Shown here in pieces: positions 32,455 to 53,159 of a stretch of DNA of 64,000 nucleotides. The position numbers and the translations under genes are program-made. The number at the start of each line of letters is the position of its first letter. Positions within the stretch are counted from its first letter, which is position 1. Origin of the DNA: Neocallimastix sp. 'constans' (Eukaryota); contig JBODTK010000144.1 of NCBI GenBank assembly GCA_050613775.1, positions 186,001 through 250,000 on the forward strand, read 5' to 3'. The notes under the pieces are model-generated. The model was given only the letters and a program-made list of their open reading frames with translations, made no database searches and had not been told where the DNA came from.

Positions 32455-34643
32455 AAAAAAAAAAATAATAATTAATGGAATATTTAAAATTTTAACTAAA
32501 TCATCACTTTATTATTCATATGTAACCAATATAGAAAGAATTACAAAAGCCACCAAACCAATGTCAACTTACAGAAGAAGAATTGGATGAAGAATTTACA
32601 AGAATTTTAAATGCAAATAATCCTTTAGCTCCACAAAATATTGCTAGGTATAATTTTAAGGAAAAAACATTTAAATGTAGTCCTAATGTTGATCATTTAG
32701 TAGTTCATTTGGATATTAGCGGGTAATTAAATCTGAATTTTTTTTTTATTTTTATGTATCAATTAATAATCAATTAATAATATTGAAAAATATATATGTT
32801 AAAAATTATAATTGTTTAACATATTTTATTATTAAATATATTATATTAATATATATATTTATATATAATTATGAAATATAAGATATCTAATACTTAAAAA
32901 TGATGTTGAAGAAAAACCTGTAAAATCTGTCGAAGAAACAGAAACTGAAGAAAAAGCAACTAATACAGAAGAGAGCGGTGAGAAAAAAGAAACAACTGAA
33001 AAGGAAACAAATACTGAAGGTACTACAGAAAATGCAGAAAATACAGAAAATGCACAACCAACACCTGAGCAGGCAGAGCCAGCACAACCTCAGTCTCAAC
33101 CTCAGCCAACACCACAAGATGATTCAAATGCTGCAAACAATTCGAAAAATCCTTTCAATTTCAGTGAGCGTGCTTTACAAACATTTAATAACTTATCAAG
33201 AGTAATTTTATTATTTATTTATTTATTTATTTATTGATTGATTTTATATTTATATAATATATAATGAATAACGAATAAAAAAATTTATAATAAATTTATA
33301 TTAAATAAAAATGTATAAATATTTAATATTTCATAAAGGAAACATCTACAAATACAGAACCACCACCAAAAAATACTTTTTCAGACACCGTTACTCAATG
33401 GTCTATTTTTGATGAATATGTTAACGATTTAGCTCAAAAAGAAAAAGCAAATAAAGAAAAAGCGAAACCTGTATGTTTATAAAATTAATAAATATTGATA
33501 ATAAAAGTAGCAATAATAATTTTATTATTTATTCTATGATAATAATATAAATGAATAATATAATTTTAAAAAATAAAAATAATAATATTAACATATTTAT
33601 AATTATTTTTTAAAATAAGGCTTTTGGTGCCAAAAATAAAGAAGATGATCATACTTATGAATTACCCCCAGAAAATCATATTGAAGATGTTTATTACAGA
33701 GATCCAGAATTGAAAATGTCTATTAGAAAAATTGAAAGAATGACAAATCAAAATACTCATGATGAAATTACTCAAGATTTCAAATATTGGGATGATGTAG
33801 CTGATGAAATTAAAGGATTAAAGAATTGTAATATATACATATTATATTTATATATAATAAAAATTAATTATTGTTACAACTAATTAATATTGATAAATTA
33901 ATAATTTGATATAAATATTATTTATTAAATTATATATAGCTAATGCAAGATTATTACCACTTTGGAAATTTGTATATAAAAAGGAAAAGAAGAAGCATGT
34001 AACAGCATTATGTTGGAATCCTTGTTTAAGTGATTTTTTCGTAGTAGGTTATGGTTCATATAATTTTTCTAAACAAGGTCCTGGTTTAATTGCATGTTTC
34101 ACATTAAAAAATCCATCATATCCAGAATTTGTTTACAATACAAATTCAGGTGTTATGTGTATTGACGTTTATAAAAAGGTAAATTATTTACTATAAAGTA
34201 ATATATTTTATTTCCAATGAACACTTAATTAATTTTATTTTTATTATAAAAAAAAAATAAATAAATAATTGATAGATACCATCATTAATTGCAGTTGGTA
34301 TGTATGATGGCACTGTTGCTGTCTATGATTTAGCAAGAAAAAGTGAACTCCCATTATATAAATCTTCTATAAAAACAGGAAAACATACTGATCCAGTATG
34401 GGAAGTATGTATATTAAAATTATAATATAATTACTATAATTTTATTAAATAAATAGAAAAGATATTAAAAAATTTTTTTATTTCTATATTTTTTCAGATT
34501 AAATGGCAAAAAGATGATTTATATGATCATCCTAACTTTTTCTCCATATCATCTGATGGTAAAATAATTCAGTGGACCTTATTGAAAAATGAATTACAAA
34601 AAATGGTAAATAAAAAAAAAATATTATTACAAAATTAAATAAT

Positions 34644-34674
<31 letters not shown>

Positions 34675-34706
34675 TTATTATTATTATTATAATTATTATT
34701 ATTATA

Positions 34707-34757
<51 letters not shown>

Positions 34758-35812
34758 GAAAATAAAAATAAAATTTTCTTTACATAATTAGGATATTATT
34801 GTATTGAGAAATGATAAAGAATTGTCAATTAAAATGGTTGATCCTCAAAAAATTGAAACAGAATCTGAGGATGACAATATTAAAGCTTTAATAGAAAAAG
34901 AAAGCAATGAAGAAATTGCATTTGATTATGCATCCGGTAGTTGCTTCGATTTCAATCCATTAGATAATAATATTTTTGTTGTTGGAACGGAAGAAGGCAA
35001 TATTTTTAAATGTTCAACATCGTATAATAAGCAATATTTAATGACCTATGAAGTAATATTATAATTTATTGAAATATTTTTTTATATTTATGTATATTAG
35101 AATATAAAACAATACATTATTATAATTTATTAAAACAATTACAATATTAACTTATAGGGACATCAAATGGCTATTTATTGCACAAAATATAATAAATTCC
35201 ATCCAAGAATATTTTTATCTGCAAGTGCAGATTGGACTATTAAATTATGGGATCATGACTATGACAAACCTATTATAACATTTGATTTAAATAGTCCTGT
35301 TAGTAGTATTGAATGGTCACCGTATTCTTCAACTATTTTTGCTGCTGTAACAAATGAAGGAAAGGTACATATGATAATAATAATATTAATGATATTAATG
35401 ATAATATAATTATTAAAATAAATAAATAAACTATTTATAAATTCTTTTTTATATATAAATATAATATAAAATCTAATTTATATATTTTATTAAATATGTA
35501 AAACATAATCATTCTAACATTAATATATATTAATAATAATTAAATATATTTAAAAAGATATATATCTATGAATTAAATGAAAAAAAATATGAACCAGTTT
35601 GTGAACAACAAATTGTTAAGAAAGCTAGATTAACACATATTCGATTCAATAAATTTGAACCAATACTTTTAGTAGGTGATGACAAAGGTAACATTTATAG
35701 TTTGAAGTTACCACCATCTTTAAGAAAACATTCTAAAGAACCAAAAGATGAAATGCAAAAAATTGAAAAAATTATTCTCACTACTTCTGGACGTATGCCA
35801 CAAAACAACTAA
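32191..35812 (+). CDS. DNAI1: Axonemal outer-arm dynein intermediate chain DNAI1/IC78-like (WD40), multi-exon
   Basis: [112 protein letters not shown]. Stop at 35810-35812. Confidence 0.92.
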
Positions 35813-36812
35813 TTTTTATAATATCTTTAAATCGTTTTTTACTTTATTTTATTTTATTTTATTTTATTCTTTTTTTAATTTTAATTTTATTTATTTATTT
35901 ATTTTTTTTTTTTTTTTTTTTGATTTTAAATCCAAAATTTAAAAAGTATCAATGTTTTCATTTATTATTATAATTTTTCATAAACATTATCTAATATAAT
36001 CATATATGTGTATATATTAATTTTATTTATATATAATTTATATTAAATAAAAAAGATTATTATTAAAAAAGTATTTCAGTATTATAAATTTCTATTATTA
36101 TAAAATTTATAATTTAAGTAATTTGTATAAATTATAATATCTCATTAAATCATTTTTTTATTATTTATTTTAATTTAAAAAAAATTCTAATTTTTTAAAA
36201 TATAATTAATATATTATTATTATAACAGTATTTTTATTAAAAGCCTTACTTATATATTTATATTCTGTCTTTATTATTGCTTAAATTTTTAAATTCTAAA
36301 GTTTTTTTTTTTTTTAATTTATTTATTTATTTATTTATATTATTATTTCCATTATATTTTCTTTATATTAATAATATAATTTTTATTTATAAATTATTAA
36401 AATACTAGTCAATGAAAGTTCTTATTGCGTATTATATAATATTATTAAAAAAATTGATATAATTGGTTAATGATTTTCATATTATTATTATCATTATAAT
36501 GTGTAAATATATATATGACGTGGTATCCATTATATAATTTTCTTCCTAGTAGAAGGAAGTTATATAATCAATAAATAAATAAAGATTAAAGTTCACAATA
36601 ATTTCGGCTTTAAAAAAAAAATCTTGAGAGAAGAAATACAAACATTATTAATTTAGATTATAAAAAGGAAATGGGATGATTTGTTTAATAATCAAATCAT
36701 TTCTGGTTATCATTCTAAAACGACGATCCGCAGCTTTCTTTGCAGAAATTATGCCTAGGGCTAGTACCCAACAAGAATTGATATTAGGACGGTATAAGCG
36801 CTGGGGTGATAT

Positions 36813-37040
36813 TTCTTGCATATAGACTTTTTTCTGAGTTATTTATAAACTTTATTTTGAATATTACTTTTATTTTACATTATTATTTAAAATATTATTA
36901 TGCTCAAATTGGACAAATAATATTTATTTTTTTATTAATTGTTTATTTTTAATAATATATATATATATATATAATATATATTCATGTAATTAATAAATGA
37001 ATAAAAAATAATGTTAAAGTTCATAATAATTATGGCTATA
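36813..37040 (+). mobile_element. Dispersed MITE-like repeat, copy 2 (left end degraded)
   Basis: ttcttgcatatagactttt..ctttattttgaatattactttt..attcatgtaattaataaatgaataa..gttaaagttc aligns to copies at 10846-11133 (reverse complement) and 56574-56895. Confidence 0.7.
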
Positions 37041-37065
37041 AAAAATAAAAATAAATAAATAAATA

Positions 37066-37096
<31 letters not shown>

Positions 37097-37946
37097 TATA
37101 ACATAGTTCATTTTAGTTTTTATTTTGTTATTTAATATTAATATTATCATTGATTATTGCAATATTTTTGTTGTCATTAACATTTTTAAAGTACTTATTT
37201 TCTTTCTATTTTTAATATTTCAGTGAAAATATTTGCATATATAATCATTAAAACTATATACACCAATAAATATTTTTTTAAAAAACATAGTAATTATTTT
37301 AATAAAAATTATAATTTTGTATAACTAATAAATACGTATTTTAATCGAAATTTTATATATTTAATAATTTATTGCATAATTCAATAATAAATAATATAAG
37401 TAAACAAGAAAAAAATAAAAAAAAAAAATAAAAAAATAGATTAAAAAATGGCAAAATATGATATTGTAGTAATTAAAATTTTAATTAATGTATTAAAATT
37501 AAGTCCTAAATTTAAAATAGCAATACTATTTACCTTTTTTTCCATTTTTTTTCTTTTATTCTCTTTTATTTTTTTTATTTTATTAATTTTTTTAAACATT
37601 ATTTTGAAAAATTAATTTTACATTAATATTTTATCCTACAAAGTATCTTAAATAGCATTTACATATCTATTAATTATTATATAAAATTTTTTAATGCTTT
37701 ATGTATATAAAAATGTATTTTGAAATTATTGATAAAACTTAATGGTATCTTTTTTGAAATATTTATATCTATTAAATAAAACAGAATTAGAAATAATCTA
37801 CCAAAACAGAATTTAGAATTAATAAAAGAATAATTTTTAAGAAATTTATTTAAACAAACTTTTATTCAAAAAAATAAAAATATAATAACAATAAAAATTA
37901 ATTATGTAATTATAGTATTTAAATATTTGATCTTGTTCTTTTTTTT

Positions 37947-44399
<6,453 letters not shown>

Positions 44400-45009
44400 G
44401 ATGAAAATTTAAATAAACTTTTTCTTTTTAATTTTTAAATTTTTTTTCGTTTCTTTTTAAATTTTGTTTATGTGGTATATATCAAATTCATTTATATTTA
44501 GATTATATGCATATTTATTTATATAATTTTTTATATAAAATTAAAATTTTGTTCTATGCACTTTTTATTTCTTTATTATTATTATCAATATCAGCTATTT
44601 GAATTTTATTTTATTTTTATTAATACTTTACTATTTTATAATATTTCACTTTCTTATTTTATTTTATCTTATTTTATCTTATTTGTCTTTTTTTTTTTTT
44701 TTTTTTTTTTGTCTATTTTTTGTTTAGTTTTATGAAAATTTAAAAATTAGTTTTTATTATTAATATTTTTAATCTTAATAACTTATTAAAATATAATAAT
44801 TAAAATTTGAAAAATTTTATAAAGATTTAATAAATTTAAAATTTTCAAAATTTTAATTATTATATTTTTATATTGTAATAAAAAATGAAATATATACTTT
44901 TTTTTTTTTTGTAATATATTATTACGTTATTATAACCAATTAATAATTTTAAAAATAATAGGAAACATTGTGTTCCTTTTACCATAAATTGATTAAAAGT
45001 CCGAAATTT

Positions 45010-45041
<32 letters not shown>

Positions 45042-45104
45042 TTGAAATAATATTATTCATTATATATTAATAATACATATATATAAATATATAATATTTT
45101 CGTA

Positions 45105-45140
<36 letters not shown>

Positions 45141-45390
45141 AAATAATATTAGAATTTAATTAGAATTTAATATAATTATTATTACATTTAATAAAATTAT
45201 TCTTTTCGCTATATTTTCGATTTAATTTATTATTGAAATAAAATATATATATATATTTACTTATAAATTATATATTTAATATATTATATTATTATATTGC
45301 ATTATATTATATTGAATTATAGTATATTAATATTTATATATGACATAATTTATTTCAATACTAATAATTTTAACTTAATGTAAAGTAAAT

Positions 45391-46009
45391 ATGAGTTTTG
45401 GAAGTGAACTTCAAGATGTTCAATCTGTAAATAATTATCTTTCATATGGTAATAATAGTATAATATAGCTATATTAATAGTTATATTTGTAATTATTACT
45501 AAATTATTCTTTATTGCTGATTAATAATATGAAGATCTTGCGTTTATTCAATATTTTCGGTAAAATAATTCTATATATATCATATATATTATTAGAAATA
45601 CTATTATAAATTGTTTTTAACATTGTATTATATATATATATATATATATTTATCATTCAAAATAAAAATAAAAATTCCAAAAAAAAACTAATTAACATGA
45701 ATAACATATTATAGTGATATGGTAAAAGAAAGACCCGATATAGAAAAAGAATATATTCATAAACTAGAAAATCTACAAAAAAAAAATATGTGCCAAAAAT
45801 GAAAAAGAGGTTTAATATTAAGTATTGGAAGTTTTAAGGGACAAAATAGTGAAACTACAATACCCAATATGTATATATAAGCAATCATTAGTCATATTTA
45901 ATAAAAATTTAATAATTATTTAAAGAGTAGTAAGAAGGAAGAATAAAGAAAAAAAGTTTTTATTATTAAATTTATTACTTTTTAATTAATAAAAATCATA
46001 ATATTTATT

Positions 46010-46048
<39 letters not shown>

Positions 46049-46455
46049 CCTAAAAAGTTTATGATATAAAATGAATAATGTGTATAACATATTTTAATGT
46101 TAATAATTTTTATGATTACTAAATTTTTTATATAAGCATATGGATTACTTTACAAAAATTAATTCAGAAGTATTTAATATGTCAATGGAAACTGATAAGG
46201 TATTATTATTTATATTCATATTAAATATATTAATAGTAAAATAATTCAATTTTTAATTAAAAAATTATTAATAGGAATGAAGTAAATTTTCTTGAGGCAT
46301 GTAGTAATATTGATATTCTAAGAAAAAAAAAAACAGAATCAATTAGTGATGACAAAAAAGTAATATTTCCCAAATATGTCATTTCTGTAAAATTATAAAA
46401 ATATATTGATATATGAGATTAAATATTAATATATTTATTTTTATTTATTTATTTT

Positions 46456-46495
<40 letters not shown>

Positions 46496-48430
46496 ATTAT
46501 ATAAAAAATATTATTATAATAGATTTTTATATATGTTAAGTTAAAAAAGAATTATGATCAATCGGTTATAGATATGCATAATAAAAAGGTTTATAATAAT
46601 ATAATAATTTAATGCATATATATATATATATATTAAACTTAATATATGCTAATATTATAAAATATAAAAAAAAATTTTTTTTTCATTTTTATTTATTGTA
46701 TTTTTTATAAATAATTAATAACAATGAAAATAATAATGATGATAATGATAATAATAAAATAGAACATATATATTATTTATAAAAGTAGCAAATGCATATA
46801 ATGAAAAATTTATTAATGTCGAAATCCATAATATTCTTGATGTAAATATCAAATATTATTTTTGATTTTAATTATTATTGTTATGGTTTTTTTTTTTTTT
46901 TTTTTTTTTTGGTATTAATCTTTTTTTTCTATATATAATAATATGCAAGAATATGCATGAATTACATGAATCTATTATAGAGTATTACAAAAATATCTGT
47001 AATGAATATTTAGAAGATGAAAATTATTTTGTGAAATTGTAAAAAGTTCTAATAAAGAAGTAGTTAAAGTAAATAAACAAATAGATTTTCCAAATGATGT
47101 TGCCTTATACATTAAATATAATAAACGTAGAGATTGGAAACAACCCGAAGAAAAATAAATTCCCACCATCTCATATGGTGAAATTAAAGAAGTTATTTAT
47201 AAAGAAGAAGAAAATGCTCTTATTTTCCTTAGAAATGCATTATTAAATTACAACAAAACTTAAGTATACATAAAGATGATATTGTCAGTAAAAATAAAGA
47301 AATTGATGGTATAAATGGTATGTATCAAACTTATTTGGCAACTCCATCCTTTGGTGATCCAGATGAAGCTTTACAAAAGCTTATTGATGTCAAAAAAGAA
47401 CTTTCACTTCTACAATTGGAAGAATTAAAATGTGAAATACAAATTAATGCTATTAAAGAAGCTATAGGTCATTATGAAGCATTAATTGTACCATATATGT
47501 TTAAAAATAAGAAAATTATTAATAAGACTGTATGTTCATTCTGTTGTGAAACATTATGGGGTAAGATCTTAATATGCAAAGAATGTGGTTATCTCTGTCA
47601 TCCAAAGTGTGAATTAAATGTACCTCCAAATTGTAGTAAAGTGAAATTACCAAAGAATAAAAGAGGTTCATCAAATTCAGTTAGATCAGTACCAGCTGTT
47701 TCATGTGATAGAAGTAATTATATACAAAAAAATAAATTTTGAATATACATACAATATTCATAAGATTAAAATATTGTTTATATTATATTTATAATATATT
47801 CATTATTGTATATATATAGTTTCATTACCAATATCACATACTATTTCAGCATTTCCTACTTCCAATTCTTGTATACTATAATAATTTTACTTGAAATATA
47901 ATATATATAAATAATTAATTAAAATATATATATTAATACCTAATTTTTTTTTTATTTTATATATATATCATAATAATTAATTTAATAACACATGTGATAT
48001 ATTTCATTTTTAAGGTGTTATGTTCATCAGGAACAGGTTTAGTACCTGCAAACTACTTAGAATCTGTAGCCAATAGTAGATCCCCTAATTACATCACTTC
48101 AAGTAATGGACATACATCTTTCTTAAACAATTTAAGATGTGCAAAAGTTATATATGACTACCAAAGTCAAGTAGATGAAGAATTAACAGTCACACAGAAT
48201 GATATCGTTACTTTTATTGAAAATTCGGAACCAGAGTGGATAAAAGTAACAAATATATATATATATATTAATATATATATTAATATAAGATATATAAATA
48301 TCCAATTATATATTATTAATTATTAAAAAAATTTTTATTTTTTTAATAAAATATTATTAAAGTTAAAAATAAGGATACTGGTAATATAGGTTTAATTCTT
48401 GAATCCTATGTTGAATATTTTACTACTTAA
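45391..48430 (+). pseudogene. BZZ1: BZZ1-like F-BAR / C1 / SH3-SH3 endocytic adaptor, disrupted
   Basis: MSFGSELQD start, ERPDIEKEYIHKLE, C1 domain CSFCCETLWG..CKECGYLCHPKCELNVPPNC, and SH3 segments GLVPANYLE and AKVIYDYQSQVDEELTV. In-frame stops or frameshifts at ~45800, 47040, 47156 and 47261; first SH3 appears truncated. Confidence 0.78.
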
Positions 48431-48432
48431 AC

Positions 48433-48498
<66 letters not shown>

Positions 48499-48585
48499 TA
48501 ATTACAGAAATAATAACTATAATTATAATAATATAAAATATTAAATAATTATCTTTTATTGCAATATAGATTGATTGTGATTTAT

Positions 48586-48632
<47 letters not shown>

Positions 48633-49255
48633 TGAATTTTAAATAATTATAATCTATCTATAAATAGATAGATTATATAAAAAATAAAATTTAAAATAAA
48701 ATTTATACATCATATATACATATATACATAAATATATGTAGTATAATAATATTCTTTATAATATTAAAATATAAAATATATATAACTTTCCTCTATTTAA
48801 ATACTTATAATCAAACATAAATAAAACTATTATTTATAAATATTTATTGTAAATATTTATTGAAATACTTATATATATACTTCTATTTATATTATTTATA
48901 TATTTTTTTATTATTTTTTATTTATTTTTCTTTTTATTTTTTCTTTTTATATATATATATATTATTTTTATTTTTAATTTTTATTTATTTATTATTTATT
49001 TATTTATATATTTATTTATTTATTTTTGTTTTTACTATATTTTATATTTATTTTTTATATTTATTTTTTATATTATTTTATTTTAAATATTATTTAATTT
49101 ATTTTTAAATTAATAACTTAATAAAAAAAAAAAAAAAATAGTTAATTCTGTTTTTGCGTATAAATCTTTTATAAATTTAATATTATAAAAAATTTTAATG
49201 ATATAAGAAAAAAAAATTTTTTTATTAATTTTCAATTTCTTTTAAATTATATTGT

Positions 49256-52200
49256 TTATAATGACCAATTAAGCTTAAAAATATTATCAAAGAAAGCATT
49301 AATTTCTTGTGTTTGTAAATTTGAAGAAGTTGTAGTATTATTGTTAGTATTGTTATTGTTATTAGTACTATTAATATTGTTATTATTTGTATTTAAATTA
49401 TTTAAATTTACATTTTTCATATTATTCATATTATTCATATTATTGCTATTATTTATATTATTGCTATTACTCATATTATTCATATTATTATTTTCTTCCT
49501 GAATATTACCTAAAGATCTATTATCTAAACTAAATGATGTAGATCCTAAAGATGGATAATCAATACCACTTTGATCCATTTTATTTTGAGCCAAAGATTG
49601 ATGTCTTGATTTAACATTACTTTTAGAAGAATGAGAATGAGAATGTTGCTGTTCACCAACAGCTACAGATTGTCTATGATGTGAATGTCTATGACTAGAT
49701 CTTGGCTTGTCAGGTCTCTCTTCATTATTTTCACCTTCAATATAACGACTGGAACGATGATGATGACGACGATGTCTATGGACAACCTTTTCTTCACCAT
49801 TTTCATCAATTATAGTTACTGGACGACGAGATTTTCTACGTTCTCTTCTTTCACGACGCTCTTCCTCTGTTTCATTCGAACGTCTTGAATGTCTTCTTTC
49901 ACGACGTTCACTATCTGTTTCATCTGGACGTCTTGAGTGTCTTCTTTCACGACGTTTACGTTCTTCCTCCTTCCATTTTTCTAAAGCTTCTGGATCTAAA
50001 TCTTTTGGAGGCATACTTCTATGATGAGAATGGGAATGTCTTCTTGATCTATGACGTCTTTCAACTTTTTCCATATCTTCCCTAGAACGAATATCACCTC
50101 CATTTTCTAAACTTTCATTTAGGAGTGTACGACGTCTATAAGCTTTTCTTGGTAATGGATTGGCAATTTTATCATTTGGTAATTCTGGTGATCCAGAACC
50201 AATAAGATTTATTTTATTAGTAACACCTTCAGTAAAACTCATATTCATTAAATTATTTGATGAATTATTAGACATTGAAGGATCTTGTTGTAAAAGTAGA
50301 GAATTTCCATGAGTTTCAAGCATTGCTGCTGTAGTTGAATCCATCATCATTGGTGGTAACACTGGAGCATTAGTACCCAATGGTGACTTAGCTTTAGGAT
50401 AATCTTGATTAGATTGAGATTCAATATTAATAGATAACTTACTACTTCCACTACTATTTCTCTTAAAACTACAACTGGTATCAGGATTAGAATAAACGAT
50501 AGCTGGGGATCCTTCATTACTACTTGAATCATCATAACCATGATAGCTTTCATATTTTAATGATGAACGTCTCTTCAAAGAAGTAACTTCTTTCTTCTTT
50601 ATATACTCATTGTGACGTTTAGAAGTAACATTGATTTGCTCAGACAACGGAGTTATTGGAACAGATTTAACTGTTGGAGAAACTGAAACAAAGTGTTGAC
50701 GAATTGGAGATTGTTCAGGTGGAATATCAATATTCTCTCCCAAAATGGTTGGAATTAATGAAACAATATCCATAACATCTGCATAATCATTCAAAAGTTT
50801 AGTTTCTGGTTGTGCCTTTGGAATAATAATCTTTGGTACAGGTACCTTTGGAGATTTCTTTGGAGATGTAGAAGATGATACAGTATTATTTTGTGGTGGA
50901 GCCAAATGATCTGTATTAGTCTTAATAACAAGTTTTTCTTGTTGTTCTTGTAATTGTTGAATCTTTTCTTTATATTCTGGTTGAATTTGAGATTGTATTT
51001 GTTCCAATTGACCAATTTGTTGTTTTTCTAAATGAATTTGTGGTGGATTGTATAAATAATTACTTTTGTTAAAGAAGTTATCTTCTTCATCATCATCATA
51101 ATATGGATATCTAACAACATAATTATCAAGAGTAGAAAATTGACTATTATTTATATAACCACCAGCACTATTATTAATATTATCATTATTATTACTACTA
51201 TTATTATTATTATCACTATTTTGAATAATTGGAAGAGAATGATTAAGTGATATATTTCTAGTTGGTGGTGGAATATTTGAATTATCATCATTATTTATAC
51301 CATTATTGTTACTATTTTCAAAAGATCCAGGGAAAGTGAATTCATTAGAAGGTTTACTATTAGTATTTTCTTCTTCATCACTATCTTCACTTGTCATCCA
51401 AGAGAATTTAATTGGTGAAATTAAAGTATTACTTTCTGTTAATTCAAATGGAGGAATAAATAAACTATTGGATTGATTATTATTGGTATTGTAACTATTG
51501 TTCTGTGATTGATTAGTGGTATTAAGTGAAGTTGATTCATTACCAGATTTATTATCTGAAGAAGGTGGAATAGAGAATGATCTGAAAATAAATGAAGAAT
51601 TACCTTCACTCTTAGAATCATTAACAGTTTGATTAGAAGAATCTGGTTCATTAATAGAAGTATTAATAGTAAGGGTTGGAACTGAAGTTTTTCTAGCATA
51701 TTTAACTTCATTAATATCTTGGTTATCATCTTTATTATTAAAATCTGATAAATCTATTTGACTTTCACTATAAGATCTTTGTCTACGTAATCCCTTTGAT
51801 GAAGAATCATCATCACTTTGAAGTTGTGGTTGTGGTAAATAGTTACTTGTATATGGCTCTTGTTGATTATAATTATTTGAATTATATGGTAAATTATTGA
51901 CACTTGCTTTTTCGTAGTCACTTTCATAATTACTAGCATAATCATCTTCAGAATCTTCAGTTTCATAATCACTACTAATATATCCATTATTTGAATTAAA
52001 TTTAGCATTACTTAGATTATCTTTATACATCATTTCTTCTTCTGATGAAGAAGATTCAGAATCTGACGATTGAGATGTTTCATTGATATCTTCTTCTACA
52101 TACGAATCATAAACAATATCTTCATTTGAAACATACACTCCATTTTGAATTGGTTCCTGTTGTTGATTAATAATACTTTGTTGTGATTGTGATTGTGATT

Positions 52201-52537
52201 GTGGTTGTGATTGTGATTGTGGTTGTGATTGTGGTTGTGATTGTTGTAATTCATATACCATTTGAGATTGATTTTGTGTTTCTGTATCAAATGGTTGAGA
52301 TTGAAAAGATTGAGAAAATGATTCCTGTTGTACTGGAAGCATTGATGATTGTGAATATGGTTGATTTTGTTGAATTTGGGATTCAGATTGTGATTGAAAT
52401 TGTTGTTGAGGTTGTGATAATACTTTTTGTTCAGGTTGTTGTTGAAGTTGTTCAGGTTGTTGTTGAGGTTTTTGCTGAAGATAGATTTGATTCTGTGATA
52501 ATGATTCCTCTGCTTTATTTTTAATTTCTTTAGTATC

Positions 52538-52631
<94 letters not shown>

Positions 52632-53159
52632 GAATTAGAATTATTTAAATTTTCAGATGATCTTTTATTCTTTAATAAAACACCTAATGATACTTCAGAT
52701 TTATCATCATTTTTCTTATTCTTATCATTTTCTTTAGTAGAGACATTGCTATTATTTTTGATATTTTCTTTATTACTAATTGCATTACTGAGACGTTTAG
52801 CCTTTGCAGCTGCTTGTGATCTTCTTTTAGATGATCTAGATTGACTTAGTCTTTTATTCTTTTGTTTTAATTGTTTTTGATGATGTTGATAACGTATTTG
52901 ATACTCGGTCCAATTATTGTATATATCATTAAAAAGATTTTGAACTAAAACAACTCTCCTCATATCTAATTGGACATCTTGATAGTATGCATTTAATTTG
53001 GAAGTAGTAATATTAGCAAGTGTTGTCGGATTAATAGTCCTATAATACAGTTAAGAATTTTTATTAATAACCTTATAATTTTAATATAATTATTATAATA
53101 ACAAATGCTTACAATATACACTCTTCTAATATTTCATTCATTTCTTTTACAGTAGCCAT
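49256..53159 (-). CDS. Large low-complexity (N/Q/S-rich, R/H-rich) protein with N-terminal SERTA-like motif; 2 exons
   Basis: Short exon 1 MATVKEMNEILEECI (53159-53113, GTAAGC donor) joined to a 3.8 kb uninterrupted ORF. N-terminal motif is LANITTSKLNAYYQDVQLDMRRVVLVQNLF. Confidence 0.8.

Noticed and set aside
48439..48493. Long poly-A after the BZZ1-like stop suggesting a processed pseudogene
   Set aside because: The gene retains introns and poly-A tracts are ubiquitous in this sequence.
48860..49108. Phe/Tyr/Ile/Leu-rich 'membrane protein' ORFs (also 416-619, 1969-2172, 22009-22510, 53310-53666, 56865-57125)
   Set aside because: Translations of T-rich low-complexity intronic or intergenic DNA.
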